Notes: generated from the letters alone by a model not told the origin. A stretch of DNA of 64,000 bases from Eledone cirrhosa (GCA_964016885.1 OZ024740.1:420484001-420548000), one strand, 5' to 3'; numbered from the stretch's first letter, positions 53,601 to 60,618 are shown. Translations and numbers: made by a program.

Positions 53601-56600
53601 AACGGAAGCTTAGTGTTCGAACTGATGAATTTTGCAGGTCAAAATTTTGCTGGCTCGACAACTGTTCGTGTATTGTGTTAATGTCATTTTAAACGCTGAG
53701 AAAGCCAGCGTAATTTTTTTAATTTTTGCACGCAGACGCTCAATGTAAACAGAACAAAGGGAAATAACTGATCACTTACGCTCAAAAATCGATACATTAT
53801 ATTCGATTTCGTCAGATAGGGCCGGTCAATTTGAAATATTTTTTTTCCGATGTCTTCGCTAGGGCTCAATGTACAAGTATAGCAATTTCGGTGCAATTCC
53901 GTGAGAGATTCTAAGAGGAGATGTGTGCCAAAAATCGATAGACAGACAGACAACCTCAGTTTTATATATATAGATTATTGTATCTATATCAATATATTAT
54001 AGTATCTATATCAATATATTATTGTATCTATATTGATATATTATTATATCTATATTGATATATTATTGTATTTATATCAATATATTATTGTATCTATATT
54101 GATATATTATTGTATCTATATTGATATATTATTATATCTATATTGATATATTATTGTATTTATATCAATATATTATGGTATCTATATTGATATATTATTG
54201 TATTTATATCAATATATTATGGTATCTATATCAATGTATTATTTTCAAACTTACTACAATATTTAGTTTCTTCGATGTAATTTTCAGATTCATTCCATTA
54301 CACTAAAAGAGGACGCAAACGTCAGTTCCATGAAGTAGATTGGGAGGTTGGTATTCATTTTAAAATCTCTCTTTATTTTTAACCCTTATAAAAAGACCAG
54401 ACCAGTAGAGCAGATCTTTTCAAGAATATGTATACTTTTCTTTGTGTAGGAAGAGTGCAGCAATATTTTTACAAAATTTCCTAAAACCACACCCAGTCCA
54501 CCCTGTAAGGTAGTCGTGTTGGTGACACAGAAAAGCCACACCCAGTCCACCCTGTAAGGTAGTTCTGCTGATGACACCATAAACAGCACCTATTCCACCA
54601 TGTAACGTGGTTGGTGTTAGGAAGGGTATCTAGTTATAGAAACCAAGCCAAAATGCAGATCCATATGAGCATGATGAGGTTTCCAGACCTGACTTGCCTC
54701 TTAACACGACAACCCATCTAAAAGGACATTAAACGATGATGATGATGAGTTTGATGTAAAAATAGTTTCATCTTCTTTAGTGATTATCTTATGTTAAGAT
54801 GAATGTTCTTCCATTATCTAAAACTATGTTGTGATTTAGTTACTCGCTATTTTGAGCAAGTAAAGTGACATGACAAAAAGCACCCAGTCCACACTGTATA
54901 GTGGTCATGTTGGTGACACAACAAAAAGCACCCTGTCCACACTGAAAAGTGGTCGTGTTGGTGACACCACAAAAAGTACCTAGTCCACACTGTAAAGTGG
55001 TCATGTTGGTGACAACAACAGGTACCCAGTTCACACTGTAAAGTGGTCGTGTTAGTGACACAACAAAAAGCACCCAGTCCACACTAATGTGGTCGTGTTG
55101 GTATCCAGTTGTAGAAAGCAAGGCAGAAACTTCTGGATGAGCAAGACATGGACACCTGACTTGTCTCATAATGTTACAACTCATCTAACTCATGCTAGCA
55201 TGGAAAATGGTCATTAAATGGTGATGATACATTATTTCACATTGCTTCAGTCCACTCAGCTGGTAAAAGTTAGTTGTACCTGTAATTGAAAGACCATTCT
55301 TTGTCATACACTGTGTCACATGGAATTTCTCTGAGAATTACATTAAGGGTACACATGTCTATGGAATGCTCAGACACTTGCACATTAATTTCATCTATAA
55401 GCTGTTTTGTTGATTGAATCAAATGTAACACTGTTGGAACCTACAACAGTTCAACACATGTCCTTAGCATTCAATAATAACTGAATAAATGATAAGAAGA
55501 TAATGCTTAGACAACAATTTATGGACATTACAAGAAAGAAAATTAATTTTATTCTTGTAACATTTTCTCTTACAGGAACCTGAAGATGAAAATAGAAAAA
55601 ACAAAATGCGCAAAGTTCATGAACCACAAATTACACTCGATTCGGAAGGTTTTAATCTAGGTAAATATAGATTATTCTTATTAAATTTGTGTTTTCTTCT
55701 TCGCCCACTAGATTCCTGAGAGGGTTATGAGGAGCAGAGTCCTGAAACACCCCTTCCAGCAGGTCCTGTCAGAAGCAACTGTCTCCAACTGATCCAGCTG
55801 GATCCCCAAGCGAGACTAGCCAAGCTCATGGATCAACCATCTTGCTTGGGGTCTACCCTTGCTTGGGGTCTACCGGTTGGTTTTTGTCCTTAAAATCTGT
55901 CCAGCAAATCTTTCCTGAGACATTCTAATGACATGCCCCTAGTATTGGAGCTGTGATCCCTCAATTCGGAGAAGTAGCATCTCTACCTGGAGTGACTTCC
56001 TCATCTAGCTACACACTCTATCAAGTAACGTTACTCCAGTCATACACATATTTTTCTTTGTCTTTTATTAAATCAATTTGAAATGCTATTCATAATCATC
56101 ATCATCATCATCATCACCGTTTTACGTTCGTTCTTCCACGCTAGCATGGGTTAGACGGGTTGTCCTGTTGTGGGCAGTGTCTGGTCGGCTGACCATGCGT
56201 TGCTCATACAGGAACTGATCTGGCTTGATTTCTACAGCTGGATGCCCTTCCTAACACCAACCTCATTTACAGTGAGTGCTGGGTGCTTTTTCGTGGCGCC
56301 TACACGTCCACTTTACAGTGTGGGCTGGGTGCTTTTTTGCCCTGGCACCTCCACGGCAACCTTGCGGTGGGGGGTGTGGGGGCATATTGTCTATATGCTT
56401 CAGCTTGTACCCATGGGAGGTCGGGTACACTGTATTACTGCGTGACGCCAGAAGTCACAGTCGTGTGTCATTGCCTTTGAGAGGTGTAATTGGGTAAGGT
56501 CGGCTTTTATCACCTCATCCCAGGTCATCTTGGGTCTCCCCACTCCGCGGTTTCCATCAACTTCTAGTGCTCTGCACCTTTTTATGCAGCTGTCATCCTT

Positions 56601-59600
56601 CATACGCATCACATGTCCATACCAGCGCAACCGCCTCTCCTGCACACAGCATTTGATACCTCTTATGCTCAGTCTCTCTCTCAATTCATTTATGCTTTGT
56701 CGTTCACGTATATTACTGTTACACATCCATCGGAGCATACAGGCTTCGTTTCTCTCTAATCTACGTAAGTCTTCCACCTTCAACGCCCAGGTCTCACTAC
56801 CATGCAACATTGCTGTTCGGATACACGCATCATACAGTCTGCCTTTCATTCTGAGGGAGAAGCCTTTTGCAGCTAGCAGTGGTAGTAGTTCCCTAAACTT
56901 CTTCCATCCCGTTCTTACCCTAGTTATTGTACTTTCTGAACACCCACCTCCGCTGCTAATTCGGTCACCTAGGTAGCAGAAGCTGTCTACTGTTTCTACA
57001 GAGCCCTCCCAGAGATTGGTGGTACTTGTTTCCTGTGGCTGTTTGCTGCTTGCTGTCTCAGCACAGCTGCTGCATGTGAAGCCTACATTCTTAATTAAGC
57101 TTCCTGACATCCCGCTACATCTCTTGTGTACCCATTGTTTGCATTTGGGGCAGAGAATGGAGTTCCTACCTACACCTTTCCTACATACTGAGCAAGGCCA
57201 TTTCCCTGAGGGGATCTGGGTTCTGTTTTCTCGTCTACTTACAAGGACCTTAGTCTTTGTCATGTTGACTTTGAGACCCTTTCTTTCTAGTCCCTGCTTC
57301 CAAGTTTGGAATTTCTTCTCTAGTTCTACCAAGATTCAGCTATGAGTGCGAGGTCATCAGCATACAGGAGTTCCCATGGGCATCCGGTCTTAAACTCCTC
57401 TGTTATTGCCTGCAGGACTATGATGAACAGGAGGGGGCTAAGAACTGAGCCCTGGTGGACCCCGACCTGTACGCTAAATTCCTCGCTATACTCATTGCTA
57501 ATCCTAACTTTGCTGACTGCTCCCCTATACATGGCTTGTACCGCTTTCACAAGCCATTCGTCTACTCCTAGTTTTCTAAGAGCCCACCAGATTACAGCGC
57601 GTGGAACTCTGTCAAAGGCTTTCTCAAGGTTGACAAATGCCAAGTAGAGTGGCTTACTTTTAGCTAGATACTTTTCCTGTAATTGCCTCACAAGGAAGAG
57701 GGCATCAGTGGTGCCTCTTCCTGGTACAAACCCAAATTGCATCTCATCTATTTTCACCCGGTCCCTAATCAACTGTGTTATAACTCTTTCTGTTACTTTC
57801 ATGACCTGGTCCATCAGCTTTATACCTCTATAGTTTCCTCTATCTAGTGCATCACCTTTACTTTTGTAGCAGTTGACAATGATGCTATTGCACCAATCTT
57901 TTGGTATGATACCTTCTAGTATTACCTGGTTAACAATACGTGTGGTTATAGTGTGACCTACAGACCCAGATGCCTTCAGCATCTCGGCAGCTATACCCGA
58001 TGGACCGGTTGCCTTCCCCATCTTCATATCTTTGATTGCCTTACTTACTATGCTGCTGCTGGCCTGTCTATAGCGTCTACTTGGGGTAGGGTCTCTTCTT
58101 CCCATGCATTCTCCTACATTTAGTAATCTATCATAATGACTCTTCCATGCATCTTTCTTCTCAGCACTTGTGAGGGCAAGCTCACCTTTATCATTCCGGA
58201 TACACTTCTCTCCAATGACATCACAACTATCTCTGACACACTGCCTCGCAATCTTGAATACCTCCTGTTTCTGGTCCTCACGTTGCAAAACATGCTTGAA
58301 TTTTCTATCTTCTGCTTCCCTTCTAGCTAAGTATACTTGTCGCCTAGCTTCCCTCTTGGTCTCTACGTAATGTACCCTGCTCCCCCCGTTCTTCCATTCT
58401 TTCCATGCCTGTCTCTTGGCCTTAACTGCTTCATCTACCTTATTGTTCCACCACCAAGTCACTCTCCTCCTGCTTGAGGTCTTACTCCAGCCACAGACCT
58501 CATCTGTCGCCTCTAGTAAATTATTTTTTAGGAACTCCCAGTTCTCTTCTACATTAAATGTCTCTATCTGTTCTTCTTTACTAATGATTATTATTATTGT
58601 TGATAGGTTTTTCATTAATTATTCCTTATGACTTGTAGATTTTATCACTGCCAAAGAAGAAGGTGAACCATCACCACCCTATGATACTAAAGACCCTTTA
58701 AATAAAGCAGTTTGTAAGTAAACATATTATGACATTTATTTGAAAGTAATATTATATACTGATATATAAATAGTCAAAGCAATGTTTTCTATGCTCCAAC
58801 ATGACCACAATTTTATGACTAACACCAGTAAAATAGTAAATGTGTATGTATATAATATATGAAATAATTGGGAGCGTTGAGTGTGTAAATATTTCATAAA
58901 ATTATAGGGACTCAAACATGGAAACAGCCAGGGAATCGGGTTAAATAAAACACCTTAATGAATGGAAGAGAGAGGGAGAGAGAATGAAAGGACTAGAGCA
59001 TATGATGTGAGATAAAAAAAAAGGGGGACTGAAAGTGATAGAGCATATAGTGATGACATGGAGAAGTAAAAATGTTACAAGTGGGGCTAAGCCATGTATA
59101 GATTCTCTGTTTTTATCAATAGAAATTCAGATTTTCAATGATTTTTTTTTTTTATGCTTCTTTTTTAAAAAACTAAAAGCAGTTTTAAGTCATTGAAGGC
59201 AATGTAGAAAATAGGTGAGATATATTAATAATGTGAGAGTTGGCAATGATTTCAGTGAAGATAATCTAGATATAGAGGATTCTTTTAATCATGCTGCAAA
59301 ACTCGTGGTTTCATCGCGTCATTTGTAAAGGTCTTTTTGCAAAGTAGACACTGTAGTTGCTGTTGGTTATGTGGAGCTGCAATAAACCCATACTTCAGGT
59401 AGTCGATACTATACTGCCTACACTTTTTTTTAGACGGTTTTGTTCTGAAAAGATAATAGACAGCAAATCCTAGTGTGGCCTAGTGGTAAGGGTGTTGGAC
59501 TTGTGATCACAATGTTATGGGTTCGATTCCTGGACTGGGTTGTGTGTTGATCAAAACACTTCATTTCATGTTGCTCCAGTATACTCAGCTGAAAATGAGT

Positions 59601-60599
59601 ATCAGTAATAACTGGGGGCTTAACCCTATGATGGACTGGTATCCTGCCCAGTCTTGTACTCTCAGTCACTTTATGCCATGGAAACCGGGATAAGAACCAA
59701 CCTGATGAGTCTCCAGGCTTAAGACAGACTTTAGACAACTTGACACTCTACTTCAGTCTTAATATTTAAATATTTTGTTTCCTTCTCCTCCCTAGTGAAT
59801 CTGATGAGGATGATGAACTCCCTCCTACACAGCAGTATAATCAGTCCTCGAACTGGTTTTGTAGCTGCACTTATTGAAGAAGCAGTACGATGTGGCAGGC
59901 AATATTCCCGTCTTATTCTTCAATTCATGCCACAAGGAATGGTAAGTTTTTCATAGCCTTTTTTTCATTTAATTGATTAATTAATATTATCTGAATATTG
60001 CTAAATGACAGAGGCTGTATTTGTAAAGATATCTTTAGTTTATAAGCTATTCAAATTTTATTATCAATGCAAATTAATTTGTTTTTAGAAGCTTAACGTT
60101 TAAGTTTCTATGGCATTTTTTAAATACATTGTAAAATGTTTCAGGGATTATAACTGAAAATATATATACCATGCCCTTTTAATGAATAGATTTTTGCTCT
60201 AGAAACCAGTTTGTCTTTTTTGCTACGTTTACCTCAATTTAATCGGTGATAGGATTTGTTACAGACACTAAGTCTTGGATTATTGAGGTTTATGTTTCCC
60301 CAAGAGAATTAGAGACAAGAAAAAAATAGTTTCTACTGGGAATCAAAACTTGTTTATAGATTCAGTTTACCGAGTGCTTAGCAATGAGTTATTACAAAAA
60401 TGATAAAAATATTGTTTAACTGTTTAATGACTGTTATTACTGTAAACTTACTCTGTTTTAGGTGACTCAGTTGTTAAAATGTTTACCAGGATCTCTAACA
60501 AACCAACAAATTCTTTCTATATGTGATTTATCCACCACAGTAGGACGTAAAGTTGCAGCTAAAGCAATATACCAAAATGCACAAATGAAAAAAGTATAA
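18280..60599 (+). CDS. MED24: Mediator of RNA polymerase II transcription subunit 24; 17 coding exons in window, 5' exons upstream
   Basis: Spliced translation of about 760 aa carries MED24 hallmark motifs as recalled from human MED24: EELKWAAFTFLK, LILRAEPTVTSILK, LLGVLSHMLSGKSFELILAAAAATGKL, RALLFDISFLMLCH, EKGWVD, KDPLNKA, LQFMP, GRKVAAKAI. All introns are GT-AG and phases are consistent. Confidence 0.96.
18500..18648. repeat. poly-C plus (TTC)n/(TCG) microsatellite; probably the (GAA)n tail of the adjacent - strand CRE fragment
   Basis: Direct sequence. Confidence 0.9.
18650..19085 (-). mobile_element. Degenerate 3' fragment of a CRE-clade (restriction-like endonuclease) non-LTR retrotransposon
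   Basis: The - strand translates, with frameshifts, to EP..GDDKR.DGMTIFPF, LIWDATCHDT, VEPVAVETSNILGP and WLFQLFCFAILWGN. These match the CRE RLE motifs RPDG/WDATC.DT/PVAVET.G/LFQR.S.AI.RGN. Confidence 0.72.
19108..19509. repeat. 28-bp minisatellite (aatgatatcaatgatattgtcatctatt), about 14 copies
   Basis: aatgatatca at 19111, 19139 and onward. Confidence 0.93.
19548..19661 (+). CDS. MED24: MED24 exon 2: KLNRAKLYCELMRACFMGLIDSNGGQEELKWAAFTFLK
   Basis: tttgtag| ... |gtaagt; conserved motif. Confidence 0.95.
19815..20165. repeat. 44-bp tandem repeat (tggtcaagttagtagggtaccagacgtctcatgagaactgcata), about 6 copies, interrupted
   Basis: Units at 19815, 19859, 19903, 19947 and onward. Confidence 0.88.
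20510..20636 (-). mobile_element. tRNA-derived SINE head fragment
   Basis: Reverse complement of the head seen at 50190-50325 (gtgtccttgagcaagac...atttcatgttgctcc). Confidence 0.65.
20828..21033. mobile_element. piggyBac-type MITE with TTAA target duplications
   Basis: ttaa|ccctttagcattta ... taaatgttaatggg|ttaa. An inverted second copy lies at about 23335-23536. Confidence 0.7.
21116..21243 (+). CDS. MED24: MED24 exon 3: LPQVLLRIQRQSPGQDFSHELEMGFDRLLSYVPLLDVTDLRL
   Basis: tttccag| ... |gtaagt; phases 0/2. Confidence 0.93.
21536..21875 (-). mobile_element. tRNA-derived SINE, same family as 17826-18096
   Basis: Shared blocks gaatacagcagatttcttc, gactggtactttttt, aaagttgacctc. Confidence 0.7.
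22570..22915 (-). mobile_element. Old RTE-like LINE 3' ORF fragment
   Basis: - strand reads EVCDILEIISKAKWKWTGHIARMTDNRWTT, an RTE C-terminal motif. Confidence 0.65.
23335..23536. mobile_element. piggyBac-type MITE, inverted relative of 20828-21033
   Basis: Reverse-complement match (gctcatactgatgtta, ttctcaaaataaat); ends aaaggg|ttaa. Confidence 0.6.
24245..24527 (-). mobile_element. 5'-truncated SINE with RTE-derived tail, near-identical to 50190-50543
   Basis: Long reverse-complement identity; both give the same spurious peptide GPPVPIISFLQLSKLEQCEIKCLAQGNNTSPGLRI. Confidence 0.85.
25400..25700 (+). mobile_element. Highly degenerate RTE ORF fragment (pre-RT linker)
   Basis: Nucleotide similarity to the WWWN...KEWKNGGSR...EKCIRND region of the RTE at 58200-58460. 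Confidence 0.45.
25800..26045 (-). repeat. Tandem ~48-bp module derived from the RTE 3' UTR, about 5 copies
   Basis: actttacagggtggactgggtgctttttgtcatgtcaccaacatgacc repeats. Confidence 0.85.
26349..26435 (+). CDS. MED24: MED24 exon 4: CDCVTFLLKECQKYSLLTEIQGSRLQQR
   Basis: tttgcag| ... |gttagt; matches the NCDC.FLL.EC motif. Confidence 0.93.
27112..27250. mobile_element. Foldback derivative of the Penelope-type hammerhead-containing repeat
   Basis: Arms 27112-27152 and 27178-27218 are reverse complements; the right part is homologous to 29520-29600. Confidence 0.7.
28388..28630 (-). mobile_element. tRNA-derived SINE with V-domain-like core
   Basis: Reverse complement of the + copy at 59472-59737 (gatggactggt.tcctg.ccag, ggataag). 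Confidence 0.7.
29487..29541 (+). ncRNA. Type I minimal hammerhead ribozyme motif (Penelope-like element type); this copy has a mutated stem II
   Basis: tcttgt-CTGATGA-ccctgtgataaaccggt-GAAA-ctc-ca-gag-TA-acaaga: stem I 6 bp, intact core boxes, short stem III, GUA cleavage triplet. Confidence 0.72.
29628..29880 (-). mobile_element. RTE 3'-UTR fragment
   Basis: (cat)n tail, ggatgcccttcctaa motif, abuts (TA)n. Confidence 0.8.
29932..30080 (-). mobile_element. 3' end of a second LINE family (RTE-like); further copies at 30965-31320, 42865-43265, 55695-56040
   Basis: Shared cttcttc.cccacttattcctgag...cctgtca.aagcaacc.tctccaact. Confidence 0.7.
30250..30355 (+). CDS. MED24: MED24 exon 5: NSETQKPRSSDAVSNTQPSVSLILRAEPTVTSILK
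   Basis: ttctatag| ... |gtaaca; conserved LILRAEPTVT. Confidence 0.96.
30965..31320 (-). mobile_element. LINE 3' fragment (second family)
   Basis: - strand reads approximately RSQL.YYGHVVRMSQERIAGHILQAKP; homologous to 42865-43265. Confidence 0.7.
31500..31975 (-). mobile_element. RTE 5' fragment: 5' UTR plus APE endonuclease N-terminus
   Basis: - strand reads TWNIWTMRGKLVEVVDILNRRRVDICCVQET*WKG, the APE domain start. Confidence 0.72.
32043..32828 (-). mobile_element. 5'-truncated RTE (ORF C-terminus plus 3' UTR)
   Basis: QERRLQWYGHLMHV...GRGRPRKTCDEVVKADL; (cat)n tail; flanked by (TA)n on both sides. Confidence 0.88.
33143..33370 (-). repeat. Tandem ~48-bp RTE-3'UTR module, about 5 copies
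   Basis: ggactgggtgctttttgtcatgtcaccaacacaaccacattacag repeats. Confidence 0.85.
34451..34737. mobile_element. Inverted (head-to-head) pair of tRNA-derived SINE sequences; related copy at 24048-24160
   Basis: - strand ggtgtaatggtagc...gttcgactccc (A/B boxes) is mirrored by + strand gtactcatcc...gttgactccc. Confidence 0.6.
36185..36612 (-). mobile_element. CR1-clade LINE 3' fragment with (TTA)n tail
   Basis: - strand reads GHTYKVKKQHSSHDFWKHFFTLRFAESWNRVPASVV..NTASFK, a CR1 C-terminal motif. Confidence 0.78.
37535..38258. repeat. CT-rich minisatellite, 29-35 bp unit (ctctctccctcttgtatcta[t/c]atagctctctat)
   Basis: Direct periodicity, homogenising to 35 bp at the right end. Confidence 0.92.
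39101..39852. mobile_element. Non-autonomous Tc1/mariner (Tc2/Kanga-like) element
   Basis: ta|ccatatttactcgaatataagcc ... ggcttctatacaagtatatacgg|ta: TIRs and TA target duplication. Confidence 0.75.
40057..40248. mobile_element. Internally deleted copy of the same Tc2-like MITE
   Basis: ta|ccatatatactcaaatataagc ... ggcttatattcaattatgtacgg|ta. Confidence 0.75.
40353..40600 (-). mobile_element. Two tandem SINE fragments (family of 45072-45270)
   Basis: tttctactttaggcacaaggccagcaatt; ttttatcgaccc...ggatgaaaggcaaa; ggatttgaactcag. Confidence 0.7.
40610..40900. mobile_element. Tigger/pogo-type MITE
   Basis: ta|tagtggaacctcagttcacgaa ... tttgtgaaccaaggtcccacgg|ta: TIRs and TA target duplication. 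Confidence 0.7.
41125..41267 (+). CDS. MED24: MED24 exon 6: TLDADYSKNQEPLLGVLSHMLSGKSFELILAAAAATGKLQSFAIKLV
   Basis: tttctag| ... |gtaagt; highly conserved. Confidence 0.97.
41750..41870 (+). CDS. MED24: MED24 exon 7: FNEFARQATGESGKASNTRALLFDISFLMLCHIAQLYGAE
   Basis: ttctag| ... |gtaact; highly conserved. Confidence 0.97.
42204..42673 (+). mobile_element. Non-autonomous Helitron
   Basis: a|TCtaaactataataaag ... hairpin gcagaaaaccacc-cgaa-gggtggtttttctgc ... CTAG|t; inserted at A^T without target duplication. Confidence 0.78.
42865..43265 (-). mobile_element. LINE 3' fragment (second family)
   Basis: ...QLETVASDRTYRKECSRTLLPQ; homologous to 30965-31320 and 55695-56040. Confidence 0.72.
43347..43516 (+). 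CDS. MED24: MED24 exon 8: IITSSPDCSESFFAQWSMKCLPEDGKYKC...KVDLLLNQFTNGGEHKN
   Basis: atatag| ... |gtaagg; FF..W...C.PE.GK motif. Confidence 0.94.
43810..44342. mobile_element. Two RTE 3'-UTR fragments arranged head-to-head (- at 43810-44060, + at 44063-44342)
   Basis: (cat)n tail on the left; aggaagggcatccagctgta and a gat tail on the right. Confidence 0.8.
44351..44481. mobile_element. Foldback derivative of the hammerhead-containing repeat
   Basis: Left arm 44351-44417 is the reverse complement of the sequence at 29532-29598, followed by gtctg-gattaa-caggc-GAAA-ctccagag-TA-acaagac. Confidence 0.75.
44940..45039 (+). CDS. MED24: MED24 exon 9: MARWHEICMNAPFAMQEVLFAWEHGALSADNVK
   Basis: acacag| ... 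|gtaatt; WHE.C and AWE.G motifs. Confidence 0.95.
45072..45270 (+). mobile_element. Apparently full-length tRNA-derived SINE (MetaSINE-like core) with (ATT)n tail
   Basis: A-box tggcagtatcgg, B-box gagttcaaatcc, core gcctttcatc...gtcgataaaataaagtaccag. Confidence 0.8.
45412..45596 (+). CDS. MED24: MED24 exon 10: NILDCVKKKMCCLPVVVSAWLCSYMNTVGEEARSKPHNMLEQL...NYHE
   Basis: ttctatag| ... |gtaatt. Confidence 0.94.
45620..45850 (+). repeat. Tandem ~49-bp RTE-3'UTR module, about 5 copies
   Basis: acccagtccactctgtaaa.tggttgtgttggtgacatgacaaaaaa repeats. Confidence 0.85.
46303..46534 (+). CDS. MED24: MED24 exon 11: SHLMSIILCKMSNDILP...FEKGWVDLRSLHALEQLLNLCGSDWFSDRLVA
   Basis: ttttag| ... |gtaagt. 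Confidence 0.95.
46608..48287 (+). CDS. RTE reverse transcriptase C-terminal half with embedded PHD finger (no native start; the ORF-track N-terminus comes from intron/TA repeat)
   Basis: ORF-track 46566..48287; endonuclease domain absent. Confidence 0.85.
   Translation, partial: SAVLVEGSIISKAIKDMKTGKAAGPSEIVAEMLKASGTVGHTMVTRIVNQVVQNGVVPKDWHSSIIVNCYKGKGDALDRSNYRGIKLIDQVMKVTEKVIAQLIRERIDLDEMQFGFVSGKSTTDALFIVRQLQEKYLAKGKPLYLAFVDLEKAFDRVPRSIIWWALRKLGVDEWLVRAIQAMYKETVSKVRINNEYSEEFSVKVGVHQGSVLSPLLFIIALQAITEEFKTGCPWELLYADDLTLIAESMAELEKKFQTWKHGLESKGLKINLAKTKVLVCRKENKAAVPSGKWSCSVCRKGVGRNSILCPKCKVWVHKRCSGITGKLTKNIDFTCGRCSGAISSSKCPQNTSSFNCAEGFIEIVDSFRYLGDKISSGGGCSESTVARVRTGWKKFRELIPLLAAKGFSLKMKGRLYDACIRTAMLHGSETWALCAEDIRRLERNEACMLRWMCNSNIRERQSINELRKKLEIRGIRCCLLERRLRWYGHVMRMKVDSCITKCRAIKIDGSHGIGRPRKTWDELINSDLTHLHLSKTMSLDRDLWRYSVTEKTRLASRHL
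46609..48640 (+). mobile_element. 5'-truncated young RTE LINE with uninterrupted RT-to-stop ORF and (GAT)n tail
   Basis: RT motifs KGKGD..NYRGIKL, QFGF, AFVDLEKAFDRV, GVHQGSVLSPLLF, YADD, WYGHVMRM; inserted after (TA)n. Confidence 0.96.
48665..48918 (-). mobile_element. SINE, family of 17826-18096
   Basis: ctcctgagagagtc, ctgaatac, gactggtactttttt, ggatgaaaggcaaagttgacctcgg. Confidence 0.7.
48967..49321. repeat. 87-bp unit in 4 near-identical tandem copies, including a SINE 5' head
   Basis: tgttctg at 48967, 49054, 49141, 49228, 49315. Confidence 0.95.
49272..49435 (+). mobile_element. Octopus-type CORE-like SINE 5' part
   Basis: taagaagtttacttcacaaccac..tgttctgggttcagttcca...aaatgtcttctaccatag resembles the abundant octopus SINE head, from recall. 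Confidence 0.55.
49890..50124 (+). CDS. MED24: MED24 exon 12: MMLTGNRLEDL...HTLPNILSS...LVNPRGAMLAKLCVMCIVGAQMAKSSSK
   Basis: ttcttcag| ... |gtgagt. Confidence 0.94.
50190..50543 (+). mobile_element. Full-length tRNA-derived SINE with RTE-derived 3' tail
   Basis: A-box tggcttagtggt, B-box gagttcaattc; tail aggttggtgttaggaagggcatccagctgtagaaa...(gat)n shared with the RTEs. Confidence 0.88.
50600..51520 (+). repeat. 48-bp minisatellite (with shorter sub-units) expanded inside an RTE-type 3' end, about 16 copies
   Basis: ccacactaaaaagtggtcacattggtgtcacaacaaaaagcgcccagc; resumes the RTE tail (taaggaaggacatccag) at about 51450. Confidence 0.92.
51675..54240. repeat. 22-bp AT-rich minisatellite (atat[ca/tg]atata[t/c]tattgtatct), interrupted by a Helitron
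   Basis: Direct periodicity on both sides of 53336-53974. Confidence 0.95.
53336..53974 (-). mobile_element. Non-autonomous Helitron (Lep1-like architecture)
   Basis: - strand 5' TCtatatatataaaa, (tgtc)n, 3' hairpin cccgagcaacgccggg then CTAG. Removing it restores the satellite gatata|ttattg. Confidence 0.85.
54288..54346 (+). CDS. MED24: MED24 exon 13: (D)SFHYTKRGRKRQFHEVDWE
   Basis: ttttcag| ... |gttggt; phases 1/0 fit; basic KRGRKR patch aligns with human RQKKR. Confidence 0.85.
54488..55228 (+). mobile_element. Two RTE-tail-derived elements with tandem 48-bp modules (54488-54748, 54866-55228)
   Basis: cacccagtccac.ctgtaa modules, ggtgttaggaagggtatc, (gat)n tails. Confidence 0.78.
55576..55660 (+). 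CDS. MED24: MED24 exon 14: EPEDENRKNKMRKVHEPQITLDSEGFNL
   Basis: ctcttacag| ... |gtaaat; phases 0/1 fit the neighbouring exons. Confidence 0.85.
55695..56040 (-). mobile_element. LINE 3' fragment (second family)
   Basis: Homologous to 42865-43265. Confidence 0.72.
56093..58582 (-). mobile_element. 5'-truncated RTE LINE with frameshifts, PHD finger and (GAT)n tail
   Basis: ORFs 57326-58615 and 56400-57332 join across a frameshift after YADDLALIAES; same family as 46609-48640. Confidence 0.96.
58639..58713 (+). CDS. MED24: MED24 exon 15: (D)FITAKEEGEPSPPYDTKDPLNKAV
   Basis: ttgtag| ... |gtaagt; DPLN motif. Confidence 0.9.
59472..59737 (+). mobile_element. tRNA-derived SINE with V-domain-like core
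   Basis: A-box tggcctagtggt, B-box ggttcgattcc, aaccctatgatggactgg, ggaaaccgggataag. Confidence 0.8.
59796..59941 (+). CDS. MED24: MED24 exon 16: NLMRMMNSLLHSSIISPRTGFVAALIEEAVRCGRQYSRLILQFMPQGM
   Basis: ctccctag| ... |gtaagt; LQFMP motif. Confidence 0.94.
60462..60599 (+). CDS. MED24: MED24 last coding exon: VTQLLKCLPGSLTNQQILSICDLSTTVGRKVAAKAIYQNAQMKKV*
   Basis: ttttag| acceptor; TAA at 60597-60599; DLS...GR.VAAKAI C-terminal motif. Confidence 0.95.
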   Translation: MTQLLKCLPGSLTNQQILSICDLSTTVGRKVAAKAIYQNAQMKKV

Positions 60600-60618
60600 G
60601 ATTTCATTTTTTTTTATA

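Noticed and set aside
59702-59730. CTGATGA motif
   Set aside because: It is part of a SINE tail, with no GAAA or hammerhead stems.
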